NCBI GenBank assembly: GCA_031316235.1
Contig: JALDRA010000001.1
Location: forward strand, 1,890,001-1,922,000
DNA: 32,000 bases
Direction of reading: 5' to 3'
From: Candidatus Scalindua sp.
GTDB lineage: Bacteria; Planctomycetota; Brocadiia; Brocadiales; Scalinduaceae
Below are positions 9,665 to 20,073 of the stretch, piece by piece. The notes beneath the pieces are model-generated. The model did not search any database, was not told the origin of the DNA, and saw nothing but the letters and a program-made list of their open reading frames with translations. The position numbers and the translations under genes are program-made. Numbering within the stretch: position 1 is the stretch's first letter; each line of letters begins with the position of its first letter.

Positions 9665-10675
9665 TCAGGGTATTGCCTCCGCTTCTAAACTTGAAAAATC
9701 TTCTGCCAGGTACTTGTGATACGCTAAACCGGCTACCATTGCAGCGTTATCGATACACAGATTTTGTGGAGGATACAAGAGCGGTATATTGTGCTGTCTG
9801 GCAGCTTCGCCAAACCTTTCACGTAGTCTTGAGTTTGCCGCAACACCACCACCGAAGAGTATACTGCTAACAGAAAACCTGAGTGCAGCAGAAATTGTTT
9901 TATCAACCAGGACGTCAACTACCGCTTCCTGAAAACTTGCGGCAACATCTGCTATCTCCTGATCATTGAGTTTTAGACCTCCCTTGCCACTCTTAGAATC
10001 CTGGCCTGTACAATGATACAATACTGCTGTCTTGAGACCGCTGAAACTAAAATCGAGAGACCCCTTTCCCAGGTATGAACGGGGAAAGGCAACGGCCTGC
10101 CCGTTACCCTTTTTCGCGATACTGTCGATCACTGGTCCTGATGGATACCCAAGGCCCAAAAGCTTTCCAACTTTATCAAAGGCTTCACCTGCTGCATCAT
10201 CAATTGTCTTGCCAACAGGAAGATAACTGACTTCGTTCTCCGTGAGAAACAGTGTTGTATGTCCACCGGATACAACAAGGCCAATGGCTGGATACTCTAT
10301 ACACTCATGCGCTAATTTACATGCATACAGGTGAGCATGTAAATGATTAAGGGTTATCAGTGGAATCCTCAAAGTAAGACTTAAGGTCTTGGCAGACGTT
10401 AATCCGATCAGCAACGCACCGATAAGGCCTGGAGTGTTTGCTACCGAAACAGCATCAATTTCATTGATCGTGGTATCTGCCTGGGCCAGAGCATTATCAA
10501 TCACTGATATGATTGCTTTTGTATGTTCACGACAGGCTATTTCTGGAACTACACCACCAAATCGTGTATGCAGGGTTTGTTGAGAAACAACGATATTGGA
10601 AAGAATGTGTGTTCCATCTTCAACAACGGCAGCCGATGTTTCGTCACATGAAGTTTCTATTCCGAGAATTAACAT
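9665..10675 (-). CDS. tsaD: tRNA N6-adenosine threonylcarbamoyltransferase
   Basis: MLILGIETSCDETSAAVV N-terminus, the HLHAHLY metal site, and GGVAAN. Full length is typical of TsaD/Kae1. Confidence 0.95.
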   Translation of the reverse strand: MLILGIETSCDETSAAVVEDGTHILSNIVVSQQTLHTRFGGVVPEIACREHTKAIISVIDNALAQADTTINEIDAVSVANTPGLIGALLIGLTSAKTLSLTLRIPLITLNHLHAHLYACKLAHECIEYPAIGLVVSGGHTTLFLTENEVSYLPVGKTIDDAAGEAFDKVGKLLGLGYPSGPVIDSIAKKGNGQAVAFPRSYLGKGSLDFSFSGLKTAVLYHCTGQDSKSGKGGLKLNDQEIADVAASFQEAVVDVLVDKTISAALRFSVSSILFGGGVAANSRLRERFGEAARQHNIPLLYPPQNLCIDNAAMVAGLAYHKYLAEDFSSLEAEAIP

Positions 10676-10788
10676 AACACTAAAACCTTAATTGGAGAAG
10701 AACACCGAATGCTCGTAAAAAGTAGTAGATGCGTAATGTTATGGTTGTGAAACGAGGGTATCACGAGTTCGCCAGTTGAACCGAAACT

Positions 10789-12072
10789 CTATTCACTCTC
10801 AGCTATTCCGGCATATATCTTTATTCCCTTGAGTATCTCAATGGACCTCACCAGCTGGAGATCAACAAAATCTGTTTTCTCATCACTCTCATCTTCTGCG
10901 TTTTCAACCCGTATGTCTTTCGCATTAATCCGTGACAGGTAAGCGTATAACTCTCGAACTTCTGATTTAGAGAGGCTTACTTTTACATCAGGCTTGATAC
11001 CCTTATGATCAATCTGTGCTCCGGAAGGAGTATAATACCTTGCCGTCGTGAGTTTTAAGGCTGAATTTCTCTCCACAATAGGTATCAGACTTTGAACAGA
11101 TCCTTTCCCGTACGTTTTTGTCCCGAGTAAAAGCCCACGCTTATGGTCTTTTATTGCACCTGCAACGATTTCTGAAGCGCTGGCGCTGCCATTATTAACT
11201 AATATTATCAGAGGAAAAAGAGGAAGTGTTCCTGACCCGTGTGCTTTATACTCATGATTTTGAGATTGATGTCTCCCTTTTGTGGAGACAATTACACCTT
11301 TTTTGACAAATCTGTCTGCCATCTCAACAGCTACATTTAAAAGACCTCCAGGATTAAATCTCAGATCCAGGATCAAGGACTCCATTCCCTGTTGTAATAA
11401 ATCTTCTAACGCTAAATCCAGGTCTGCAATGGTGTTTTCCTGGAAATTTGTAACCGCTATGTAACCGATCTTATAGTCTTCATCCACTATTCTCGAACCA
11501 CGTATGCTCATTACATGGATTTTACCCCGCTCAATCATTATATCTTTTGGCTCGTTTTCTCCTTCATGGACAACTGTCAAGGTGACAGTCGTGTGCGTTT
11601 TGCCTCGGAGCATCTTTGTAGCTTCACGGATTGTAATGTTCTTTGTAGATTTTCCATTAATCTTTACAATCCGATCACCAATGAGAACTCCTGCACGGAA
11701 GGCGGGTGAATCTACAATCGGGGTCAAAACCGTTAAAATTCCATTCTTAACAACAACCTCAATTCCAAGTCCATCAAACTGCCCTTCCGTCTCAATCTTA
11801 AGCTCTTCAAGATTTTCTGAATCAATAAACTGGCTGTAAGGATCAAGACCTGAAAGCATTCCCCTGTATGCGTTCTTAAGTAACTCTTTCAGCTCGATTT
11901 CGTCAACAACATATTTATTTTGTATCTCCTTGACAACCTGAACAAATTCTTCAAAATTTCGAAAGTACTCCTCTGGTTCATACTTTTTCTCTGGTTCAGC
12001 AGGCAGTTCGAACATGCCAATAGAAATGGCAAATAATGTCAACCAAATAATTTTTAACCAGCTTCTTGGCAT
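10789..12072 (-). CDS. Carboxy-terminal processing protease (peptidase S41) with a PDZ domain
   Basis: N-terminal signal/anchor, a PDZ segment (GLGIEVV...GDRIVKING) and the S41 core (NNGSASASEI, TYGKGSVQ). Confidence 0.9.
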   Translation of the reverse strand: MPRSWLKIIWLTLFAISIGMFELPAEPEKKYEPEEYFRNFEEFVQVVKEIQNKYVVDEIELKELLKNAYRGMLSGLDPYSQFIDSENLEELKIETEGQFDGLGIEVVVKNGILTVLTPIVDSPAFRAGVLIGDRIVKINGKSTKNITIREATKMLRGKTHTTVTLTVVHEGENEPKDIMIERGKIHVMSIRGSRIVDEDYKIGYIAVTNFQENTIADLDLALEDLLQQGMESLILDLRFNPGGLLNVAVEMADRFVKKGVIVSTKGRHQSQNHEYKAHGSGTLPLFPLIILVNNGSASASEIVAGAIKDHKRGLLLGTKTYGKGSVQSLIPIVERNSALKLTTARYYTPSGAQIDHKGIKPDVKVSLSKSEVRELYAYLSRINAKDIRVENAEDESDEKTDFVDLQLVRSIEILKGIKIYAGIAESE

Positions 12073-12164
12073 TCAATAGCACTCCTCAGTTCGACCTTTA
12101 CAGCAGATTATGTATTACGTGCTTTCATTAACAGAGAGCCTCTGCAGCTCTTGTTAAAAAGATT

Positions 12165-12240
12165 TGGTGGGCAGGGTCGGGATCGAACCGACCACACCGG
12201 GATTTTCAGTCCCGTGCTCTACCGACTGAGCTACCTGCCC
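12165..12240 (-). tRNA. tRNA-Phe (anticodon GAA), CCA encoded
   Basis: The reverse complement reads GGGCAGG-TA-GCTCAGTCGGTAGAGC-A-CGGGA-CTGAAAA-TCCCG-GTGTG-GTCGG-TTCGATC-CCGAC-CCTGCCC-A-CCA, a canonical cloverleaf. Confidence 0.9.
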
Positions 12241-12356
12241 GAAGAAAACTATTCTATGGGGGAAATATTACCCTTCTGGGTTTAAAAAATTCCCAAAGGG
12301 TGAACATCGATATAAGTTATTCAGATACTTAACCTTGCGCATTATAGAGTGTACAG

Positions 12357-13304
12357 CTAGTCTGTCAAGATCTTTTTGGGAAATCTATCCGCATATGCCG
12401 CTACGTCATTTTCAAGCTGCAGCTTCAGCTCTTCTGCATCCCGAAATCTTATCTCTTCTCTTAATTTATAAAGGAACTGTACTTCCAAATCTTCTCCGTA
12501 GAGAGAACCGTCAAAATCAATTACGTGGACTTCCACCAATGGTTCAGCATCCCGGGAAGCCTCCTTAAACGTTGGCCTCATACCTATATTTGTGAGGGCA
12601 CGGTACTCCCTAGAACCCAATATCGCCCTGGTTGCATAGACACCTGCAGGAGGTCTAATCTCGTGGTGAAGATTCAAATTGGCAGTAGGGTATCCCAAAT
12701 CCCTTCCTCTGCCGTCGCCTCTTATTACGGTACCTAACACCGAAACAGGTCTGCCTAACATCATTTTAGCCTTTTGCAGATCTCCCTGAACAATACTTTT
12801 TCGTATTGCAGTACTGCTTATCACCTCGCCTTCAAGTTTTACCGGTTCACAGGAGACAACTTCAAAGTCACACTCCTCTGCAAAATTACGAACCATGGAA
12901 GCATCCCCTCTTCTCCCCTTTCCGAACCTGCAGTTGAATCCAAGTACCACCACTTTAGCGCCAAGCCAACCATGTATTATATCAGCGATAAAGTCCTCTG
13001 CTTCAGTTTCAGCAGTCTTTTGATTAAATTCCAGAACAACCGTTATGTCAACACCTAAACTTTTGAACAGGACCAGACGATGTTCAAGCGATGTAATGCA
13101 TGACTGCGAATTTTTTAAAACATAGCTCCTTGGATGGCGATCAAAGGTAACCACAATTGATCCGCCTCCCTGAGTGTTTGCAATCCCTATAATCTCCTGA
13201 ATAACCTTCTGGTGGCCAAGGTGAACACCATCAAACATACCTAAAGTAACAACGGGAAGAGTGAACCTCTTTGGTAATTCCCTTATACCAAAAACTGTAT
13301 CCAA
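12357..13304 (-). CDS. ribF: Bifunctional riboflavin kinase / FMN adenylyltransferase
   Basis: GMFDGVHLGHQ in the FAD-synthetase domain. GYPTANL and the EVHVIDFDGSLYGEDLEV riboflavin-kinase C-terminus. Confidence 0.95.
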   Translation of the reverse strand: MDTVFGIRELPKRFTLPVVTLGMFDGVHLGHQKVIQEIIGIANTQGGGSIVVTFDRHPRSYVLKNSQSCITSLEHRLVLFKSLGVDITVVLEFNQKTAETEAEDFIADIIHGWLGAKVVVLGFNCRFGKGRRGDASMVRNFAEECDFEVVSCEPVKLEGEVISSTAIRKSIVQGDLQKAKMMLGRPVSVLGTVIRGDGRGRDLGYPTANLNLHHEIRPPAGVYATRAILGSREYRALTNIGMRPTFKEASRDAEPLVEVHVIDFDGSLYGEDLEVQFLYKLREEIRFRDAEELKLQLENDVAAYADRFPKKILTD

Positions 13305-13324
13305 TGTATCCTCTCTGTCTGAAT

Positions 13325-15028
13325 TTAGCTTCTATCATTCCCTAGCTGAGCCTTCTGATTTAACCATGGTTCCCATTCCTGCAAAAAGGCGAATTGTTTT
13401 TCCGCCAGATACTTTGCCATTATGGACTCTTTCTCTTTCTCAAATCCAGCAGGATCAATTTTTTTCCTGTCGACCAACGTTACCAGGTAACAGGCACGTT
13501 CACCTTTTTCTTTTACGGAAATGGCTGACTCCCCAATTTCCAGGCCAAAAACCGTTGCGGCGAGTTCCGGGTTATCCTGCCCGAGTACAGCCACATAGCT
13601 ATTTTCACCGAAAATACCGGGTCTCGTGAAATAGTCGGTTTCTACTATCTTCAGCTCGCCTGTACCACTATCAATAGATTTCACACCCTCTTCAAATGTT
13701 GACTGCTTGATCTTTTCAAGACATTTTTCTGCAAGTTTTTGAGCAGCGATGGAAGCCTTTTCGTACCGAAGATCCTCTGCAACCTTATCGTGGATCTGTT
13801 CAAAGGGGGGGATTTCAGGTTGAGTTTTCGCTATAACCCGAAACATAAGCGGACCCTCTGGTGAACCAATCGGTGGTGAAGGGTCATTTACCTCCCTTTC
13901 AAAGACCAGCTGTGGCAGTTGAATCAGACCAGGAATCACTGTATCCAGATCTTCTCTGGCGAAATAATTCGTTCCATCGACTTGATTTGTTGGAACCACA
14001 TAAGTTAGTCCGAATTTTTTTGAAAGCTCGGCAAAACCTACAAACTTATTGTTACCCATCATTTCATAAATTTCATTATCAGCATCACCTATTTTCTTAT
14101 TTGCCAGCGCTTCACTCTTCTGCCTCTTCAAGGTTACAAGTATCTGCCCCTTAACATCATCAAAAGGCCTGAACTTTGGTTCGGAAGTTGTGTCTTTTTC
14201 CTCAGGGTCTGACGTATCACCCGGTTCCTGTATATCAGAAACAACCTCTTTGAACAGCTCATCTTTATTTTCCTCGTAGTACTTATTAATTTCTTCTTCA
14301 GGAATGGTTATTTCGTTCTGCATCGCATCGAAACTTGCAATAACATATTCCAGCTTAACCTTCTCAGGCTCTTTGTACCCCCAAACACCCTCTTCTTTAT
14401 CTGGGAAATTTCCTCCATGCTGATCATAAAAAGACTTAATTTCTTCTTCGTTTATCTCAACAGAATCCATCAACTCTTTTGCCGGGAGGGCTGCGTACTT
14501 GATCTTTACCTGTTCCTGTTCCTTGGCATACCGCTGAAAAGCCTCTTCCCTGGTAATCTTGATCGAATCCTTGAGAAGGTATCTTAGCTTTTTGGCCAAT
14601 AAAAATTCTCTGATAGTTTTTTCAAACTGATATTCTGTCATATGAAATATGGATCCGATCATACGCTGGTACCCCTCCCGGTTAGAGTACATTTCCTGGC
14701 CGAAAGGGAATAACCGTTGTATTTCCAGCCCAAGCTCTTCATTTGTTACATATACACCCATTTTTTGGGAAAGATGCACCAGTGCCATTTGTTGCCAGAC
14801 TTCCTGGGAAACCTGCTCTTTTGAGTCCCTAAAAAACACTCGCGCCCACCGGACAACGGTATCATTAAACTTTTCCTGAGAAATTTTTTCTCCAAAGATC
14901 CTTCCCATCGAAGGTTTTGGCACCAAATAATTGATTCCGGGGCCAATACCCCAGATTGCCATCAAAAATACAACTAAACTACCAAGAAGTTTTTTCTGAT
15001 TCCGTCGAAACCAATGCGTCGCAGCCAT
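13325..15028 (-). CDS. PpiD-like periplasmic chaperone (SurA N-terminal domain protein); no clear parvulin motif seen
   Basis: N-terminal cytoplasmic stub plus one TM helix (RRNQKKLLGSLVVFLMAIWGI). The rest is a long helical SurA_N-like region with repeated 'EEEI..YY..N...F' segments. I could not find the usual parvulin signature. Confidence 0.75.
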   Translation of the reverse strand: MAATHWFRRNQKKLLGSLVVFLMAIWGIGPGINYLVPKPSMGRIFGEKISQEKFNDTVVRWARVFFRDSKEQVSQEVWQQMALVHLSQKMGVYVTNEELGLEIQRLFPFGQEMYSNREGYQRMIGSIFHMTEYQFEKTIREFLLAKKLRYLLKDSIKITREEAFQRYAKEQEQVKIKYAALPAKELMDSVEINEEEIKSFYDQHGGNFPDKEEGVWGYKEPEKVKLEYVIASFDAMQNEITIPEEEINKYYEENKDELFKEVVSDIQEPGDTSDPEEKDTTSEPKFRPFDDVKGQILVTLKRQKSEALANKKIGDADNEIYEMMGNNKFVGFAELSKKFGLTYVVPTNQVDGTNYFAREDLDTVIPGLIQLPQLVFEREVNDPSPPIGSPEGPLMFRVIAKTQPEIPPFEQIHDKVAEDLRYEKASIAAQKLAEKCLEKIKQSTFEEGVKSIDSGTGELKIVETDYFTRPGIFGENSYVAVLGQDNPELAATVFGLEIGESAISVKEKGERACYLVTLVDRKKIDPAGFEKEKESIMAKYLAEKQFAFLQEWEPWLNQKAQLGNDRS

Positions 15029-15119
15029 ATAGTCCTCATCAAATTTTCATGAAATTCTAAAAAGGTAATCTTTGAATTGAGTGTAAAAGTTGCAATTATA
15101 TAGATCAGCGCGAAAACTA

Positions 15120-15692
15120 TCAACTGCTTTTTACAAAATTATCTTTTACCAAATATTTGAGACAAACCAATACTCCCATATCGTACAGAAAATGCAGTTG
15201 TATGGGAACAAGGAGGCTCTGGTAATAATCTCTTAAGAACCCTAAATAGAATCCCATAATTGTGGCAATTACAAAATAGGCAGGAGATAAACAGTGCAGA
15301 ATCCCGAAAATTACACTGCTCCATACAATCCCAAATTCTGCCTGAACTATTCCCCGAAACAGCAGCTCCTCTGCGAACCCGGCCAGAGCAGAAATTACAA
15401 CAATATCGAAGAGGTTTGCATTGGTAAATAATGCTTTAATATCCTTCATGATTATTTTTCTCAGAGAACCAAAAAGAGGAAGGTTTTCTCCCTTTTCTGT
15501 AAGGGAAAAAGCAAAGATTGCCAGGGGGAAGAGGGTTCCAATGGTACCTAACGCTACATCTCTCGCAATATCAGCTGTCAGAGGAAACAGCCGGATACCA
15601 AAAAGCCTCGAAAGGAGTAATGCCAACAGCAGCAGAAATCCCTCTGTATAAAATATCAGCAGCAAGAGCCTCTTCCTGGAATACGCAATCAC
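15120..15692 (-). CDS. CPBP family intramembrane glutamic endopeptidase (CAAX protease/Abi, PF02517-like)
   Basis: Polytopic membrane protein carrying the FAEELLFRG and FGILH motifs. Confidence 0.8.
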   Translation of the reverse strand: MIAYSRKRLLLLIFYTEGFLLLLALLLSRLFGIRLFPLTADIARDVALGTIGTLFPLAIFAFSLTEKGENLPLFGSLRKIIMKDIKALFTNANLFDIVVISALAGFAEELLFRGIVQAEFGIVWSSVIFGILHCLSPAYFVIATIMGFYLGFLRDYYQSLLVPIQLHFLYDMGVLVCLKYLVKDNFVKSS

Positions 15693-15907
15693 AGAACAAC
15701 CCCTTTCACATCCGCATCTCCTGGCATACTCAACGCCAACCTCATAGTTTGAACACTCCTGGTAAAACTATTGATTATAAGGTAAATACATGGTAAAAGT
15801 AGAAAAAAAATGCAACTAAATTCGGGGCGGTAAGGGTCTTTCCGGAGAGAGACCATTACGCTTAGCCAGTCTTAATCTGGAAATACTTTCAAGAAAGGGA
15901 AAAAGAA

Positions 15908-16741
15908 ATGAAGCGACCAGAAGTCTTGAGAATTTTATCTGTGGGTATCCTGGTTACACTCTTGGTGGTTGGAGTGTCTGAAAAGGTGTATTCAGCACAA
16001 AAGGTGTATGACTTTAAATCCGCAGAAATTGAAATGAGGACTGTAGACCCGATGAGCAACGTGACGACGGAGACGGTACGTATTGATAACTGGGGTGAAT
16101 ACGAATCCCGCCATAGCTCCAGTACCATCAAGATGATGGGAATGGAACAGAAGCATGAGAGCATTACCTACACAGATCGTAACGAAAATGTTGTCTACAA
16201 TTATGATCCGAAGATGAACCAGGCAACAAAAGTAGATATTACAAAAGCCCTGGAGGGTATGAATAAAGGGAACAAAGAGTATGTTTATAGCGAGGAAGCG
16301 CTCAAGAAGTGGGGTGGTACGAAGCTTCGATCTGAAGAATTTTTAGGGTTACAGTGTGATGTCATAGAATTTTCTCAATTTTTTACTACCGTTTGGTTCC
16401 ACAAAAAATTTCCCGTAAAATCGGAGACGAACATGGGCGCAATGAAGGTGAAGACCGAAGCAGTACGTTTCAAGGAAGGTGTCTCGTTTGCAAAAAAAGA
16501 TATCACGTTACCAGAAGGGGTGAAAATTGTCGATGCTCCCGATATCGGAAATATCATGGGCCAGATCAATGCACAGAAAAAAATGCCCGGTAACCGCGGG
16601 GATGCTGAAGGGAGTGACAGTCAACCGAACAATGAATTCGATCCAGAGGAAATGCCTGATTTTGGAGAAATGCCCAACAGGGAAAAGGCGATGGAGGCAT
16701 TTGAATCTATGAGAAAAATGTTCCGGAATCTGGAAAAGTAA
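15908..16741 (+). CDS. Hypothetical secreted protein
   Basis: Signal-like N-terminus (LRILSVGILVTLLVVGVSEKVYSA), an acidic C-terminal tail, and GGGAAAAAG upstream of the ATG. No family recognised. Confidence 0.65.
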   Translation: MKRPEVLRILSVGILVTLLVVGVSEKVYSAQKVYDFKSAEIEMRTVDPMSNVTTETVRIDNWGEYESRHSSSTIKMMGMEQKHESITYTDRNENVVYNYDPKMNQATKVDITKALEGMNKGNKEYVYSEEALKKWGGTKLRSEEFLGLQCDVIEFSQFFTTVWFHKKFPVKSETNMGAMKVKTEAVRFKEGVSFAKKDITLPEGVKIVDAPDIGNIMGQINAQKKMPGNRGDAEGSDSQPNNEFDPEEMPDFGEMPNREKAMEAFESMRKMFRNLEK

Positions 16742-16780
16742 TTGCCAACCAGTATAACGATTCCTGATTATACTAAAACC

Positions 16781-16880
16781 GATTTGGTTTTCGGTTTTAC
16801 CGGAAACCAAATCTTGGTGAAGGTATACTCGCTCAATTTTGTCTCGGATAGTATCCGAAAACCATTGTGAGATGAGTATA
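16781..16880. repeat. Direct repeat copy 1 (degenerate version of the structured element at 21652-21767)
   Basis: Ungapped hand alignment of 16781-16880 to 21668-21767 gives 91/100 identical bases. The copy contains the right arm of the long hairpin and the second hairpin (tcggat/atccga). Confidence 0.85.
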
Positions 16881-17273
16881 GCATCGCATTGAAGAGGAGC
16901 AATGGAGTTGTAATAAGCTTGTTGAAATTTTCAGGAATAAAGAGGAGACACCAAAAACCATGCTTACACATGCGATTAACGCTCTTTGTGGCTAGAGGTT
17001 ATGGAAGAGAGAGGGGCGCCCGGAAAGGCGAAAGAAACCCGATGGGCGGCAAGAGATGCCGGAAAGAAGGATAAGGGTGTTTTTTTATAAGAATTGAATA
17101 TTTACTACCGAGGCAGTAGCAAAGGATACCATTGCCTGAAACATTAAAAAAATGGCTATACTTGATCTTGAATCTATTTAAAGCAAAAAGAACTAATCTT
17201 GTCATTCTTCAGAAATAGCAAGGTATCCTATACTTTGGCCTAGGTAGTATAAGCTATAGCAAAAGGGAAACTT

Positions 17274-18579
17274 ATGAAAACTTCAGAAGTCTTCGGTGTT
17301 TCAAACAAACAAGTTGCTTCATATATTGATCGAGAAGAGGTTGATACAGAATTTATTAAAGGCCTAGAGCGAAATAAGCACATAATAATTTTTGGCGCAT
17401 CTAAACAGGGAAAAACTGCATTAACAAACAAACACCTTCACAAAGACCAATTTGTTAGAGTAAATTGTGCTCCGCAAACAACTTCAATCGATATCTATAA
17501 ATCAATTCTAAGGCAATTGGATGTCGAGTTCGAAGAAGAACGAACGGAAAAAAACCCCATTGAAACTTCCGCAAAAGTATCCTTAAAAGTGAAGGTCAAA
17601 ATACCAATTTTCGCCAGCGGCGAAGCTGGTGCTGAGGGTGGAGGAATACGGGAAAAAGAAACCGAAAAAAAAATATACCTCTATAGAGTACAACCTTACT
17701 CTTCCTCAAGATGTTTCCGAAATATTAAACGCGATTACTTTTAACAAACGAATTATTTTAGAAAATTTTCACTACTTAGACGAAGACATACAGAAAGAAC
17801 TTGCATTCCATCTCAGGGTTTTTGAGGATGCCAACATCCTTTTCATTGTTCTTGGGATATGGAGAGAAAAGAATCGGCTTGCTCAGTATAATGGTGATCT
17901 TCAGGACCGCCTTATTGAAATACCGGTAGAGCCATGGACAAATGACAATTTCAAGAAAGTCGCCAAAATTGGAGAGAATCTATTAAACGCCTCATTAAGC
18001 CAAATAATTAATGATATAATTTCAAACTCATTTGATAGCATCGGAGTTTTCCAGGAATTATGCAAAGAGTCCTGTTTAGCAGGAAATGTAACCGAAATTC
18101 AAAAAAAAGAAGTGTGCCTTACTGCGGATAACTTGAATGTAGCTAAGACCAAGAAGTTAGATGATTACTCAGGTAGGCATATAAGAAGTATAGAAACATT
18201 TGTTGAACAAAGAGCGAAAAGTTCAAACGAGATACCACTGTATATTGCCTATTACTTTATTAAACACTTATTAAGTCTTAATTTTGACAGCATTCAGGAA
18301 GGCATCAGACGGCCTGTTTTGCATGAAGGCATTAAAAGCATACATCATCGCCCTGAGGATGTTAGAGCTTCTGATATAAGTTATTTCTTACACAACATTG
18401 TTTCTACACAGGTAAAGAAAAACATCATTCCTCCCTTATTTGATTATGATAGAAGTACTAGAAAGCTTAAAATTATTGACTCAACCCTTTATTTCTTTCT
18501 ACCGAATGCAAATAAAAATGAAATTCTTGAAGAATTGGATCCGCCAGCCAGTATGAAATTTGATAATAGCGGTCACTAG
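17274..18579 (+). pseudogene. P-loop NTPase (~434 aa if repaired) interrupted by a +1 frameshift in an A9 run
   Basis: ORFs 17274..17744 (frame 0) and 17629..18579 (frame +1) overlap. Both read through the A9 run at 17665-17673 as Lys codons. Joining them gives ...REKETEKK|YTSIEYNLTLPQ. Walker A is FGASKQGKTAL (aa 40-50) and the Walker-B-like segment is RIILENFHYLDED. An AAGGGA Shine-Dalgarno sits 6 nt before the ATG. Confidence 0.7.
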
Positions 18580-18749
18580 ACAACATGATAGGCCCAAACC
18601 TCAGACACCAACGCCCCCATCCACCCAAGAAAACCAGTGGTCAAAGTTGAAGGGGTGGGGTTAGGTTGTTTTTTTATTACCAATATTATTGAATTCATTG
18701 ATTTCACGGTTAGGTGGGAAAATAAAGAAAATTTTATTAAGATCGAATT

Positions 18750-18777
18750 TTGACATTTTGTATAAATCAGCTATTAT
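18750..18777 (+). promoter_or_regulatory. Sigma-70-like promoter candidate for the three-gene operon
   Basis: TTGACA (18750-18755), a 16-nt spacer, then TATTAT (18772-18777), about 45 nt upstream of the 18821 start. The background is AT-rich, so chance matches are likely. Confidence 0.35.
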
Positions 18778-18820
18778 ATAATCATAATCATTATGAAACT
18801 GATTAAATAAAATTACTGGC

Positions 18821-19561
18821 ATGACAAAAGAAAGACATTTATCCAACCCTCCAATTATTGAGGCCGTTATTGATTTGCGTGTTAAACGAAATGTAAATTT
18901 TGAAATTTCTTCTTTAACTTCATTAAAAGACAGTCTTGAAAAATCCTTTCCAAAATGTACAGAGGCAAGATCTTTTCACTTCGCTGTTAAGAATGAACTT
19001 AACTTACAATTTGAGCATAAAAAAGAACTGCTACATGGATATTTATTAAAAACAGAAGACGAAAAAAAGGCTATACAATTAAAGAGAGATGGCCTTTGCT
19101 ATAGCCACTTACAACCGTATACAAAATGGGAAGACCTATTTTTAAAAGCTAAAGAACTATGGGGATTATATAAAAATGCCTGCGATCCAGAAAAAATAAC
19201 AAGAGTTGCACTTAGGTATATTAACCATATTAATGTTCCAAATGAAAAAATTGCTTTCGCTGATTATTTAGAAAGTCCACCTGTAATGCCGAAGGGAAGT
19301 ACCCAAAATATTAATAGTTTTTTATCTAAAATAGTTTTTACTTATTCGCAGCAAAATATCATGGCAAATTTTATTCAATCATATGAATTCAGAGGGAAGC
19401 AGAATTTGCCGACAATAATTATTGATATTGATGTTTATCAAAATAAAGAATACGAACCTGACGATAAAAATGTATGGCCGTTATTTGATCAGTTTAGAAA
19501 AATAAAAAATGATCTATTTTTTGGTAATATTACTGAAAAAACCGTGGAGATGTTCGAATGA
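18821..19561 (+). CDS. TIGR04255-like family protein (uncharacterised, sporadically distributed family)
   Basis: N-terminal NPPIIEAVIDLRV, central RVALRYINHINV and C-terminal TIIIDIDVY match my recollection of the TIGR04255 signature blocks. The ~246 aa length also fits. No function is known. Confidence 0.65.
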   Translation: MTKERHLSNPPIIEAVIDLRVKRNVNFEISSLTSLKDSLEKSFPKCTEARSFHFAVKNELNLQFEHKKELLHGYLLKTEDEKKAIQLKRDGLCYSHLQPYTKWEDLFLKAKELWGLYKNACDPEKITRVALRYINHINVPNEKIAFADYLESPPVMPKGSTQNINSFLSKIVFTYSQQNIMANFIQSYEFRGKQNLPTIIIDIDVYQNKEYEPDDKNVWPLFDQFRKIKNDLFFGNITEKTVEMFE

Positions 19562-20073
19562 ATTATGCAATGAGTTGGTCATGTGCTGAACTTTGGCAAC
19601 ATTTAAATAAAATGCAATTGGAAGATTCGACTAGCCGGGCAATAAGTGAGGACGCTGATCAAACAAAAACACAGCTATCTGAAATTTCTACCGAGCTTCA
19701 CAATAATATTACATTAGGTGAGCCAATTTACAAAAATATAGAGTCATTAATCAATATTTTTGAAGAATGCAGCACTGATAATTGGGATGGCTATGGAGCT
19801 AAAGCCTTAACTGAGTCCTCACTTAACGAAGCTCTTCGTTTTATCAGAAGCTTACCGATCACCATGCCTTCTCCCGAATTGTCCATTGAACCTTCAGGTG
19901 AAATAGCTTTTGAGTGGCATATAGCACCACGTAAAACATTTTGTGTTAGTGTTGACGACAACTTACTTACATATGCTGGCATTTTTGGAAGTAGCAAAAC
20001 ACACGGGACAGAATATTTTGAATATGAAATACCTAAAACAATTATTGATTGCATTCAAAGAGTATTTCAGTAA
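19558..20073 (+). CDS. Hypothetical protein, no family recognised
   Basis: The start overlaps the upstream stop (ATGA), with GGAG about 9 nt upstream. The C-terminal half has NWDGYGAKAL...SLP...PSGEIAFEW. No catalytic motif recognised. Confidence 0.6.
   Translation: MNYAMSWSCAELWQHLNKMQLEDSTSRAISEDADQTKTQLSEISTELHNNITLGEPIYKNIESLINIFEECSTDNWDGYGAKALTESSLNEALRFIRSLPITMPSPELSIEPSGEIAFEWHIAPRKTFCVSVDDNLLTYAGIFGSSKTHGTEYFEYEIPKTIIDCIQRVFQ

Noticed and set aside
16995-17087. Glycine or c-di-GMP riboswitch identity for the purine-rich block
   Set aside because: There is superficial similarity (GGAGAG-like start, GGCGCC...GAAAGG). However, the required complementary 3' strand (CTCTC) and the conserved GEMM or glycine cores are absent.
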